In this document: piece after piece, positions 23,012 through 31,834 of the stretch
How positions within the stretch are numbered: position 1 is the first letter of the stretch
Layout of the letters: each line of letters starts with the position of its first letter
DNA from: a virus
IMG/VR virus record: IMGVR_UViG_3300045988_177154
Span: 96,001 to 160,000 of that record
Strand: one strand, 5' to 3'
Length of the DNA stretch: 64,000 nucleotides
Translations under genes and position numbers: made by a program
Notes under the pieces: generated by a model
What the model saw: the letters and a program-made list of their open reading frames with translations, nothing else
What the model was told of the DNA's origin: nothing
The model's database searches: none

Positions 23012-23048
23012 AAAGATTACAATAAAAATAAAATAGTAAGGGATAAAT

Positions 23049-24263
23049 ATGAAAGATAATAAAACTGAAATTGAACAACTATCTCGGAGAGAAGTTTTTA
23101 AAATGACTCAAGAAACAAAACGAAAAAAACGTAGTAAAAGAACAAGACTTCTAATTACACTTATTACTGTTGGAATTATTGGTGGAATTGCTATTGAGGG
23201 TGTAAATCTTTTATCAATCTATAATAGTAGTAAGGCTTGGCAAAAACAATCTAAAACGCCTATTGCTTCATTAGAACCTTATATGCTCTATCTAAGCCAA
23301 GAGGATATGGATAATCTTTCAGAATATACTTCAAGATTAAGTGTTATCTATGATAGTAATAAAGGTGTATTTGCTGAGGGAGTTACTCAAAAGGATTTAG
23401 ATGAGTTACAAAAAGAATTTGAAAAATTAGCGCCCTCACTCAAAGAAAAAGAAGAAGCTAAATATAAATTAGTAAGTAATATGTGGAGTATGAAATCTGA
23501 CTATGATGCAATGTGGAATAAAGAACATACTGCATTATTAGACTCTACTACACCTAAAACAGTAAGTGATTATGTGGATAAACACTGGAAAATCATGGAT
23601 TCATATTTAGAAGATGATTCTATTCAAAAAGAATGGCTGATTAACACTTATAATGAATTAAATAAATTAAAAGATGATACTGCTACAATCTCTGCTTTGT
23701 TCAATATGTTTAATTCAACTTTTGATGTATCTGACAAAAAGATTATTGTTAAGAAAGATGTAAGTTCATCATCTATTGCAGAATGGAGTAAAGTTAAAGC
23801 AAATCTTAACTTCAGTTGGCCTATCGTTTCTAATTACATGACTGAAATTATTAACAACTCAACTAAGATTTTAGAAAAACATGATAAAGCTATCAATCTT
23901 TATACAGAATATAGTGGAGCTGCAGAAAGTAAAAATGCTTTTGACACTTGGAGTAAAACATATTCACAATATAATAACAGTATGATTAACTTGCCGAACT
24001 TTGTTGGAAAAGACATTGAAACTGTAAAATCTTGGGCTAAAGAAAATGGAATTACACTCATTATCAATAAAGTAGAAGATTCTGCTAAGAAAGATACAGT
24101 AATTTCACAAAATCCAACTAATTCTGATTATGCTAAAATTCTAAAAGGTAGTGCATTTACTGTTAATATTGCTAAAGAAAAAACAACTACTACTGAAACA
24201 AAAGATAAAGACAAAGAAAATAAAAAAGAAACAACAGAAGCAACAACTAAGGAGAATAACTAA
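23049..24263 (+). CDS. membrane-anchored protein with C-terminal PASTA domain
   Basis: TM helix LLITLITVGIIGGIAI after a basic stretch. C-terminal LPNFVGKDIETVKSWAKENGITLIINKVEDSAKKDTVISQNP...FTVNIAK is PASTA-like. Confidence 0.7.
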   Translation: MKDNKTEIEQLSRREVFKMTQETKRKKRSKRTRLLITLITVGIIGGIAIEGVNLLSIYNSSKAWQKQSKTPIASLEPYMLYLSQEDMDNLSEYTSRLSVIYDSNKGVFAEGVTQKDLDELQKEFEKLAPSLKEKEEAKYKLVSNMWSMKSDYDAMWNKEHTALLDSTTPKTVSDYVDKHWKIMDSYLEDDSIQKEWLINTYNELNKLKDDTATISALFNMFNSTFDVSDKKIIVKKDVSSSSIAEWSKVKANLNFSWPIVSNYMTEIINNSTKILEKHDKAINLYTEYSGAAESKNAFDTWSKTYSQYNNSMINLPNFVGKDIETVKSWAKENGITLIINKVEDSAKKDTVISQNPTNSDYAKILKGSAFTVNIAKEKTTTTETKDKDKENKKETTEATTKENN

Positions 24264-26497
24264 TGAAGATTTTAAAAAAGATTATGAAATTTATTTTAAA
24301 GCTCTTTAAATGGAGTTTAATATTAGGATTTATCCTTGCTCTTGTTGGTTTCTTAGCTGGAACAATTTATAGTGCAGGTGTAATCAAACAAACTCCTAAA
24401 ATTACTGAAGAAATGATTACAAAAGCAACAGGTGGAACTACAAATATGTACGATTCAACTGGCCAAGTAATCTATTCTGATACTGAGCATAGACGAGATT
24501 ATATTCGTTATGATGAAATTCCAAATAAATATATTGAGCTATTACTTGCAACTGAAAATAAGAATTATTGGAATGAAAAAGGTTGGTCATTTGAAGCTAT
24601 CCTAGCTGCAATTAAAAGCAAAGGTGCTCGTGGTGGTTCTACTATTGAACAACAACTTATTAAAAATCTTGTTTTCTCAAGTGACATTAAAGACAGAACG
24701 ATTGACCGTAAGATTAAAGAAATCTGGCTCGCTTCACAAATGGATTTAAACTTTGACAAGAAACAAATCTTGGAATGGTATATTAACTTAATCAATATGG
24801 GTGAGGGCTCTTATGGAGCAAATACTATTGCTATTACTTATTACGGTCAAAGTTTGAAAGATTTAACTGGTGATGATGCAGTAACATTATCTAAATTAGC
24901 TACAATCGCTGGATTAGGACAAGCTCCATCAGCTTACAATCTATATGATAACCCCGAATTAGTAGAAGAACGAAGAAATATTGTTTTACTAAGTGCTCTT
25001 AATAATAATAAGATTACTGAAGAACAATATGAAGAAGCTAAAAAAGTTCCAATTCAAGAGGGCTTGAAAGAGCGTTATTGGAGAAATGGAACAGTGTTAG
25101 CACAAACAAAAGAACATAATGCTTATGTAACTTCTGCTCTTAAACAAGTTCAAGAATTGGGCTATGATTTAGAAAAAACACCAATGCAAATCTATACTGC
25201 TTTAGACCCAAATGTTAACTCACAAGTAAAATCTACCTTTGATAATTTTTCTGGTTATAAAGATGATGAAGAACAAATGGCAGCTACTGTTATTGACCCT
25301 AATACAGGTTATGTATTAGCACAATATGGGGGAAGAAATACAGAAGCATTTGGTTTGAATAGAGCAACACAACAAACACGTAGTTCAGGTTCGTCTATTA
25401 AACCATTTGAAGATTATGGTCCCGCTATTGAATATAATGGACTAGGAACAAATTATATTTTAGATTCAAGTAATTATCTTTACCCAGGTACAAATGTAGT
25501 AGCACATAACTTTGGTGGCGCAACTTATGGAAATGTAACTATGGCATTCGCTCTTAAAATGTCATTAAACACTCCAGCTATTCGTATCTTGAATAATGTT
25601 GTTGGTTCAAACAATGCTAAGAAATTCCTAGCTGGAATGAACTTAGATACAGAAGAAACCTATGGAGATTCAACAGCTTTAGGATTGAATGTTTCAACTG
25701 AACAAATGGCAGCTGCTTCTGCTACTCTTGCTAATAAAGGAATGTATAAGAAACCACAATATATTACTAAATTGGTATTTAATGATGGTTCAGAAAAAGA
25801 AATTAAATTTAATCCAACAAGAGCTATGAAAGAAAGTACTGCATATATCTTATTGAAGATGATGGCAGAAGTCCCTAAACCTACTGGTACAGCTACTGAT
25901 GCTATTATCAATCACTATAAGAGTTATTCTGTTAAAACAGGTACTGTAGGATACGGTCCCGAAGTTGGTTGGGCAACAAGTAATGATGCTTCTGATACTT
26001 GGGTAGTTGGAACAACTAAGAATGTTTCTATTGCTATTTGGAATGGCTATGATTCCCCTAATGAATACGGACATAGTGTTGATGTTTATGCTCACTCACA
26101 ACAACGAGTATTTAAACAATTGATGTTAGCAATGAATGAAGGCAAAGATGTTAGCGATTGGGAAAAACCAGATACTGTAACAAGTTCTGACCCTAACAAC
26201 ATGAAACCAACTGATGTTGATGTTAACTCATCTTATATTGATAAATTCCCAGAGCCATATTTCACATTATCAGACACTAGTGTTAATAATAGTATCAATG
26301 CTTATTACAAAAAAGATAAATTATTAAAAGTGGAAGATGCTGGAGTAGAAAAATACAAAGTTCCAAGTGATTATAAAGAAGTTATTGATTGGCAATCAAA
26401 AGCAAATGCAGATATGCTAAGATTATTCAATGCTTATCCAAACAATCCTTTATACCCAGCACTTATCAACAATAATGCTTATTATCAAGAACCATAA
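24263..26497 (+). CDS. class A penicillin-binding protein (bifunctional glycosyltransferase/transpeptidase, PBP1A-like)
   Basis: N-terminal TM helix. GT51 motifs ATENKNYW, RGGSTIEQQLIKN, RKIKEIW. Transpeptidase motifs SSGSSIKPF (SxxK) and VKTGTVG (KTG). The ATG overlaps the upstream stop by 1 nt. Confidence 0.9.
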   Translation: MKILKKIMKFILKLFKWSLILGFILALVGFLAGTIYSAGVIKQTPKITEEMITKATGGTTNMYDSTGQVIYSDTEHRRDYIRYDEIPNKYIELLLATENKNYWNEKGWSFEAILAAIKSKGARGGSTIEQQLIKNLVFSSDIKDRTIDRKIKEIWLASQMDLNFDKKQILEWYINLINMGEGSYGANTIAITYYGQSLKDLTGDDAVTLSKLATIAGLGQAPSAYNLYDNPELVEERRNIVLLSALNNNKITEEQYEEAKKVPIQEGLKERYWRNGTVLAQTKEHNAYVTSALKQVQELGYDLEKTPMQIYTALDPNVNSQVKSTFDNFSGYKDDEEQMAATVIDPNTGYVLAQYGGRNTEAFGLNRATQQTRSSGSSIKPFEDYGPAIEYNGLGTNYILDSSNYLYPGTNVVAHNFGGATYGNVTMAFALKMSLNTPAIRILNNVVGSNNAKKFLAGMNLDTEETYGDSTALGLNVSTEQMAAASATLANKGMYKKPQYITKLVFNDGSEKEIKFNPTRAMKESTAYILLKMMAEVPKPTGTATDAIINHYKSYSVKTGTVGYGPEVGWATSNDASDTWVVGTTKNVSIAIWNGYDSPNEYGHSVDVYAHSQQRVFKQLMLAMNEGKDVSDWEKPDTVTSSDPNNMKPTDVDVNSSYIDKFPEPYFTLSDTSVNNSINAYYKKDKLLKVEDAGVEKYKVPSDYKEVIDWQSKANADMLRLFNAYPNNPLYPALINNNAYYQEP

Positions 26498-26502
26498 AAA
26501 AT

Positions 26503-26529
26503 AAAGGTAGCAATCAAATTGCTACCTTT
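26503..26529. terminator. bidirectional intrinsic terminator between convergent genes
   Basis: aaaggtagcaat-caa-attgctaccttt, flanked by an A-run and a T-run. Confidence 0.8.
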
Positions 26530-27522
26530 TTATAAGTTATCTCCTAATATAATTTCTTTTTTCTTTACTTCTATATTCTCACCAATATTATCATTCATTA
26601 AGAAGAAACAACTGGAACTAGGAAGCATGCCCTCTGTTGTGAATATATAATATTGATTATCATATTCATAAAATGATTTAATTTCACTTATTCTATTTTT
26701 ATAAACTACAAATAAGTTATAACATTCTAACTCTTGATTATATTGTAATCTTTCAAATGGCAAATTATCAATATTAACAAAATAATAATAAGATTGATTA
26801 GGTATTTTAGTTATAATTTTAAGCTCTAATCTTTTTAGTAACCTTTCTAATTCAATCTTTTTCAAATGTAATTTAACAATTTTCTTTTTCTCTTTATATA
26901 TACTTCTTGATTCACTGTCAAATTTTCTTAATATTTCTTTATAATTATTAAGTGCTTCATTTTCCTTTTTGGAAAATTCTATTAAATCATTAGTATATTC
27001 ATGAGTAAATCTTTCTATATGTTTTGATTTTAGATATGCCGGCACTTGATTGTATTTTCCATTCAATATGCTATCAATAGTCAAGCTGCCTGCTGTAATT
27101 TTCAAATTTGAAATTTTTCTAATATGACTAGCTAATTTTGCTTTGTGAGCTATGATAAGCACTCTCTTTTCATTCAATACATTTTCATATAATTTAGCAG
27201 CTTCTTGTCTAGCAAGCCATTCCTTTGAATGAAAATAACCCTTGACATAATTTTCATGTTTTTTTATAATAGTATCAATGGTAATTATTTTTTGCTCTAA
27301 ATCATTTATTTTATTTTTGAGTGATGTATATTCTTTTAAATCTTCATCATAACAATTAGTATAACCTAATTTCTCAAAAATAGTATCTTTGAAATATAGC
27401 AAATAAAATTTAGCTTCGGAATAAGAAGAAAAAAGAATATTATTAAAGACTAAATCATTATCAACTGAGTCTTTATAGATTTTAATGAGATTAGATTGTT
27501 TTTCTATGTAGTATTTATTCAT
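26530..27522 (-). CDS. hypothetical coiled-coil protein (330 aa)
   Basis: One of only three minus-strand genes. RBS aggagaag upstream on the minus strand. K/E-rich heptad-like segments. Confidence 0.7.
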   Translation of the reverse strand: MNKYYIEKQSNLIKIYKDSVDNDLVFNNILFSSYSEAKFYLLYFKDTIFEKLGYTNCYDEDLKEYTSLKNKINDLEQKIITIDTIIKKHENYVKGYFHSKEWLARQEAAKLYENVLNEKRVLIIAHKAKLASHIRKISNLKITAGSLTIDSILNGKYNQVPAYLKSKHIERFTHEYTNDLIEFSKKENEALNNYKEILRKFDSESRSIYKEKKKIVKLHLKKIELERLLKRLELKIITKIPNQSYYYFVNIDNLPFERLQYNQELECYNLFVVYKNRISEIKSFYEYDNQYYIFTTEGMLPSSSCFFLMNDNIGENIEVKKKEIILGDNL

Positions 27523-27622
27523 TCTATATTCTTCTCCTATAAAAAATGTTCATTAAGTTTGATATAATGTGTGATAACTGTAACAAAAAATCATAAAATC
27601 CAATAAAAAAGGAGGTGAAATT

Positions 27623-28840
27623 ATGTACTTAACTGAAAAAGAGATTATCTATTCAACTGATGAAAGATTTAACTTGATTAAAGATTTGTGCCATTTAAGC
27701 AAAAATCTTTATAATGCAAGTCTTTATGATGTTAGACAATATTACTTTGAAACTAAATCATACAGAACTTGGCAATCACAAGTGCCAATTTTTACTAAAA
27801 CTAAAAATACTGATTATTATGCACTTCAATCTCATGTTGCTAGTGAAGTGATAAAGCAAGTTGGTAGACAATTTATTAGTTTTTTCAATAATAAATCTAA
27901 CAAAAAGAAACGAATCCCTAAATACAAAGATAAAAATGGTTATAACGTTGTTACTTTCAATAATCGTGCAATTTCTAGGAAGATTGAGTTTGATGAGGAT
28001 AAACAACTTTATACTCATACTCTATGTAAGAAAAGTTATAATCTTAAAATTCAATCAACTAAATCAAATATTAAAATGGTAAAATTTGTTTATGATGAAG
28101 TTAATGACTTAATCAAGTGTTACAAGATTTATGAAGTTGAACAACCTAAGTTGAAAAATGATAATTCACGGTATTTCTCAATTGACCCAGGGTTAAATAA
28201 TATTGTTGCTATTTACAATAACATTGGAATCAGACCGTTATTATACAATGGCAGACCAATCAAAAGTATTAACCAATATTACAATAAAACAACTGCTAAA
28301 TTGAGGTCAGAATTGCCCACTAATATTAAATCATCTAAAAGATTAAAACAACTATCTTTAAAGAGAAATAACAAAATTGATTATGAGATGCACAAAATTT
28401 CAACTCATATTATCAATGAAGCCGTAAAAAACAACATTTCAAAAATCTTTATTGGCAATAACATTGGTTGGAAAAATGAAATTAACATTGGCAGAAGAAA
28501 TAACCAAAATTTTGTTAATATTCCTCATACAAAACTATTCAATCAATTGCTATATAAAGGGTCATTAAATGACATTGAAGTTATCTTTACAGAAGAGAGT
28601 TACACTTCAAGAGCAAGTTTCTTTGATAAAGATGAATTACCTATTTATGATGAAACTAGCAAGTATAAATTCTCTGGTAGAAGAATAAAACGTGGCTTAT
28701 ATAAAGATAGTAAAGGCAATATATGGAATGCTGATTTAAATGGAGCAGCCAATATTATGAGAAAATGTTCAGACAAAGCCTATAAAGGTATAAGAAAAAC
28801 CAAAGAAATGATGCGACAGCCAATTCTTATAACATTATAA
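27623..28840 (+). CDS. tnpB: TnpB-like RNA-guided endonuclease (IS605 OrfB family, cysteine-less zinc-finger variant)
   Basis: 405 aa; RBS aaggaggtg upstream. RuvC-I SIDPGLNN, RuvC-II FTEESYTS, RuvC-III NADLNGAANI. The segment between II and III (RASFFDKDEL...RIKRGLY) lacks the CxxC pairs. Confidence 0.85.
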   Translation: MYLTEKEIIYSTDERFNLIKDLCHLSKNLYNASLYDVRQYYFETKSYRTWQSQVPIFTKTKNTDYYALQSHVASEVIKQVGRQFISFFNNKSNKKKRIPKYKDKNGYNVVTFNNRAISRKIEFDEDKQLYTHTLCKKSYNLKIQSTKSNIKMVKFVYDEVNDLIKCYKIYEVEQPKLKNDNSRYFSIDPGLNNIVAIYNNIGIRPLLYNGRPIKSINQYYNKTTAKLRSELPTNIKSSKRLKQLSLKRNNKIDYEMHKISTHIINEAVKNNISKIFIGNNIGWKNEINIGRRNNQNFVNIPHTKLFNQLLYKGSLNDIEVIFTEESYTSRASFFDKDELPIYDETSKYKFSGRRIKRGLYKDSKGNIWNADLNGAANIMRKCSDKAYKGIRKTKEMMRQPILITL

Positions 28841-28960
28841 GTAGCACTCAATTTAATATAATGAGAGTGTAGAGGCATTTGTAGGTATGCCATTATGAGA
28901 AGTTAAATCTTAATTTAACGAGTCTATAAAAATCAAATCATATTTGATTAACCTATAAAG
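28841..28960 (+). ncRNA. putative omega/reRNA scaffold - IS right-end region
   Basis: Four consecutive hairpins directly after the tnpB stop: cactc/gagtg, ggcat/atgcc, gttaaat/atttaac and aatcaaat/atttgatt. Confidence 0.35.
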
Positions 28961-28986
28961 AATATCTAAAAAAGCGAGGAAAATAA

Positions 28987-29748
28987 ATGAAAAATAAGAA
29001 AAAAGCTGATTGGCTGGACTGGCTATTAAGAATTGCAATTGTACTAGGAATTATTGGAACAATTTATTTTAGCTATAGTCCAGCAAAAAATTATTTAACT
29101 GCTAAGCAAGAAGAAGCAAAGATTGAAGAAGTTGCTAAGAAAGTAGTAGAAAACACACACGATTACCCAGATGTAAAAGAAATTAAGAAATCAACAAATG
29201 AAGATGTAGTTGGTTGGATTAGAGTACCTGGTACTAATATTGATGAACCAATTTTACAAACTACTGACAATGAATTTTACTTAAATCACTCTTTAACTAA
29301 GGAAGAGTTAGATGTTGGAAGTATTTTCCTAGATGCTAAAGCAAATTCTAATTACGATAACAACTTGAATTTCGTATTCGGCCACAATACTTACATTGAT
29401 AATAAATTTACTCAATTAAGAAAATTCTCTGACCCAGAATTTAATAAAGCTAATAAAACTTTCTATATCTTTACTGATAAGAATGAAAAGATTACTTACA
29501 GAATTATCGGACAAGGTTTAATTCCACCAGTATTTCCTCTTTATACCGAAGATAATGTGAAATTAACCGTAGATAATTTAACCGAATACCAAAAACACCT
29601 GAAAGAATTTACAGATATTACTCAAGAAGATATTGAGGATATTCATGTTGACTCTAAACTTGCAATCTTAACTACTTGTTTATCTTACAACAATTCTGAC
29701 GGGCGACAAATTGTAGTAGGATTAGAAGTAAGTCGTGAAAAATATTAA
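28987..29748 (+). CDS. srtB: class B sortase
   Basis: N-terminal TM helix. Motifs VVGWIRVPGTNIDEPILQTTDNEFYLNH, FGHN, and the catalytic LAILTTC. Confidence 0.85.
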   Translation: MKNKKKADWLDWLLRIAIVLGIIGTIYFSYSPAKNYLTAKQEEAKIEEVAKKVVENTHDYPDVKEIKKSTNEDVVGWIRVPGTNIDEPILQTTDNEFYLNHSLTKEELDVGSIFLDAKANSNYDNNLNFVFGHNTYIDNKFTQLRKFSDPEFNKANKTFYIFTDKNEKITYRIIGQGLIPPVFPLYTEDNVKLTVDNLTEYQKHLKEFTDITQEDIEDIHVDSKLAILTTCLSYNNSDGRQIVVGLEVSREKY

Positions 29749-29764
29749 ATAAAACAAGAAAAAT

Positions 29765-29800
29765 AAAAAGAAGTAAAATTCTTTTTATTTTTTTTATTTT
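29765..29800 (+). terminator. intrinsic terminator
   Basis: aaaaagaa-gtaaaa-ttcttttt plus a long T-run. Confidence 0.65.
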
Positions 29801-29804
29801 TGTG

Positions 29805-29833
29805 TTGACAAACCAAAAATTTTCTTGTATAAT
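29805..29833 (+). promoter_or_regulatory. sigma-A type promoter (first of a tandem pair)
   Basis: TTGACA 29805-29810, 17-nt spacer, TATAAT 29828-29833. Confidence 0.7.
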
Positions 29834-29871
29834 ATGACTATAAAATAAAAAATAAAAATTAAATTTATGTG

Positions 29872-29900
29872 TTGACAAAACGAAATAAATGGTATATCAT
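29872..29900 (+). promoter_or_regulatory. sigma-A type promoter (second of a tandem pair)
   Basis: TTGACA 29872-29877, 17-nt spacer, TATCAT 29895-29900. Confidence 0.6.
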
Positions 29901-29930
29901 ATACTTAGAAAAAGAAATGAGGAATTAAAC

Positions 29931-30158
29931 ATGACAGAAAACACAAAGAAAGTAACAGAATTACTAGAAGAATTGGAGAAAGAAGGCTATGTAATTGAAG
30001 AAATCGGAGATAAATTTAGCCCTGGCTATTTTATCTATGACGGAAATCTAATTGTAGCTGAAATTTATAATAGCGGTACATATATTGTTTCTGATAAAGC
30101 TGCAGACGGATTACTAGACTTTATCGCTAAGAAATTTAAAAAAGTAGTAGACAAATAA
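29931..30158 (+). CDS. hypothetical protein (75 aa)
   Basis: Start placed at ATG 29931, after aaatgaggaa. The longer ORF-track start lies inside the promoter. Confidence 0.65.
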   Translation: MTENTKKVTELLEELEKEGYVIEEIGDKFSPGYFIYDGNLIVAEIYNSGTYIVSDKAADGLLDFIAKKFKKVVDK

Positions 30159-30181
30159 AAAGAAAAACAGAAAAAGAAAGA

Positions 30182-30850
30182 GTGAATAAAATTATGAAAA
30201 TGAAAATTAACGTAAAAGCAGTAAAAGATACATTTAACAAATATTCATTGAATGAATTAGCAGAAGTATTGGGCATTCATCGCTCAACAATCAGTTATTA
30301 CCGTAGTGGTCGTGACTTTACGAAAAATCTTACATTGAAGCAATTGTCTATCTTGACTTCAATGAGTAATATTGAAGATGAAGAAACTATTGAAATTGAT
30401 TCAGATATGGTTAAACTATTCCATATTAACTTCAAAAATCATAGTGACTTCTATCGTAGTCGTAATCTAACAGGTTATCAAGTAACAGCTAAGGAATACA
30501 AATTACTTGTTGAAGCTTCTAATCTATCAATTGAAGATTTTACTTTGCCAATGTATCATGAAGTTATTAAGGCTGCTGAATTTTATCAATTCATTTTAAG
30601 TCTTGACCAAGATAAGATTTTGGAAAATCTAGTTCATCTTGCTTCATTGACTGGAAAAACGTACGGTGACTTGGCTGAAGAATACAATAAATCTAAAAAT
30701 TACTTGCCAGGTATCATGACTCGTCACAATCAAGGCCGTTACATTACTACAATCACTCCAAAAACTATGGAATTGCTTTCTAAAATGCTTGGATTTTCTG
30801 ATGTTGAAGATTTCAAACATGAGCTTTTCAAACAAGAAGATGTTGCTTAG
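30182..30850 (+). CDS. helix-turn-helix DNA-binding protein
   Basis: N-terminal HTH LNELAEVLGIHRSTISYYRSG. Start uncertain (GTG 30182, ATG 30194 or ATG 30200). Confidence 0.65.
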   Translation: MNKIMKMKINVKAVKDTFNKYSLNELAEVLGIHRSTISYYRSGRDFTKNLTLKQLSILTSMSNIEDEETIEIDSDMVKLFHINFKNHSDFYRSRNLTGYQVTAKEYKLLVEASNLSIEDFTLPMYHEVIKAAEFYQFILSLDQDKILENLVHLASLTGKTYGDLAEEYNKSKNYLPGIMTRHNQGRYITTITPKTMELLSKMLGFSDVEDFKHELFKQEDVA

Positions 30851-30853
30851 TTA

Positions 30854-30882
30854 TTGACTTTAAAATTTAAAGTTGATATAAT
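30854..30882 (+). promoter_or_regulatory. sigma-A type promoter
   Basis: TTGACT 30854-30859, 17-nt spacer, TG-extended TATAAT 30877-30882. Confidence 0.75.
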
Positions 30883-30909
30883 AGTCTTACCAATAGAAAG
30901 AGGTAAATT

Positions 30910-31122
30910 ATGAAGAAATATCCTATGCCTGAAGATAAGAAGGTTGACCCTACTAACGTTTCGGTTGCTTGCATTTTCTGTAACGACCGTTTCGAGGTGG
31001 AAGTTAATGCTTCTGATTTGATGAAGTGGAAGATGGGCGAATACATTCAAAATGCTATTCCTTATCAGAGTGCTGATGCACGGGAACTTCTGATTTCTCG
31101 TATTTGTCCTAAATGTTTCTAA
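30910..31122 (+). CDS. small zinc-ribbon protein (70 aa)
   Basis: RBS agaggt upstream. Two cysteine pairs: CIFCN and CPKC. Confidence 0.7.
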   Translation: MKKYPMPEDKKVDPTNVSVACIFCNDRFEVEVNASDLMKWKMGEYIQNAIPYQSADARELLISRICPKCF

Positions 31123-31143
31123 GGGTTTATAAAAACCCTTTTA
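31121..31143 (+). terminator. hairpin/terminator before tRNA-Cys
   Basis: aagggttt-ataa-aaaccctt plus tt. Confidence 0.5.
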
Positions 31144-31144
31144 A

Positions 31145-31218
31145 GGCCCCATAGCCAAGTTGGTTTAAGGCATTGGACTGCAAATCCAAGAACGTGGGTT
31201 CGAATCCCATTGGGGTCT
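31145..31218 (+). tRNA. tRNA-Cys(GCA)
   Basis: Acceptor ggcccca/tggggtc; anticodon arm ttgga-ctGCAaa-tccaa; T-arm gtggg-ttcgaat-cccat; discriminator U (Cys identity). No CCA. Confidence 0.9.
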
Positions 31219-31247
31219 TTTTATTTAAAAAAGAAAGTTGGTTAATT

Positions 31248-31778
31248 ATGGATTTTGAAAAACAAAAATCAAAGAACTTTGATAAATTGATGAAAGACTC
31301 AAAGAGTTTTATTGTCGCTCATACCGAATATTATAAACCTGAATATGGTGTCGGTGGCGTATCTGCAGCTCTTATCATTCCCGAAGATTATTTTAAAGTT
31401 GAAAATCCTATTACTGAATTAGATTTTTATGAGATTGAGGGAAAACATTCATGTGTTACTCTTGATGTCTATACTAAGCGTGGCCTCTCATTTGAAAAAG
31501 CACTTGAATTATATAAAGGTTTTTCTGATACAGAATTTAATGACTCTTTGTGGGATTATTATTTAGAAAAAGCTGAAGTAATAGCTGCTGAATATGATGA
31601 GCGCTCTATGTGGGATTCTCTTTATGAATTTCAAAAAGAAATTGATAAAATGCCCACAAAAGAAGTTTCAATTGTAGAAGAAGCAATTGTGCGTCTTAAA
31701 GCTGAAAATCTAGCTGACGACACTCAACACAATAAAGATGTTCTTACTTTGATTAAATATATTACTGAACAACTTTAA
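31248..31778 (+). CDS. hypothetical protein (176 aa)
   Basis: Start moved to ATG 31248 (MDFEKQ), because the ORF-track start at 31173 lies inside tRNA-Cys. Confidence 0.7.
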   Translation: MDFEKQKSKNFDKLMKDSKSFIVAHTEYYKPEYGVGGVSAALIIPEDYFKVENPITELDFYEIEGKHSCVTLDVYTKRGLSFEKALELYKGFSDTEFNDSLWDYYLEKAEVIAAEYDERSMWDSLYEFQKEIDKMPTKEVSIVEEAIVRLKAENLADDTQHNKDVLTLIKYITEQL

Positions 31779-31794
31779 AAAGAAGATTAACGAA

Positions 31795-31824
31795 AAAGAG
31801 CTATTCTTATAGCTCTTTTATTTT
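31795..31824 (+). terminator. intrinsic terminator
   Basis: aaagagctat-tctt-atagctcttt plus tatttt. Confidence 0.7.
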
Positions 31825-31834
31825 GGAGTAAACT

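Larger units (their letters stand above)
27560..28985 (+). mobile_element. IS200/IS605-family tnpB-only element (boundaries uncertain, no tnpA)
   Basis: tnpB ORF plus a hairpin-dense 3' flank. No Y1 or serine transposase gene is adjacent. The left end was not identifiable by eye. Confidence 0.45.

Noticed and set aside
31173-31247. N-terminal extensions suggested by the ORF track (31173, and similarly 8751, 12335, 13044, 21173, 29889, 32883, 35967, 43284, 43936, 45524, 45957, 47360, 54305, 58366)
   Set aside because: The extended starts fall inside a tRNA, a repeat, a promoter or a terminator, or they lack an RBS. Internal ATGs with canonical AGGAG-like sites 6-10 nt upstream were preferred.
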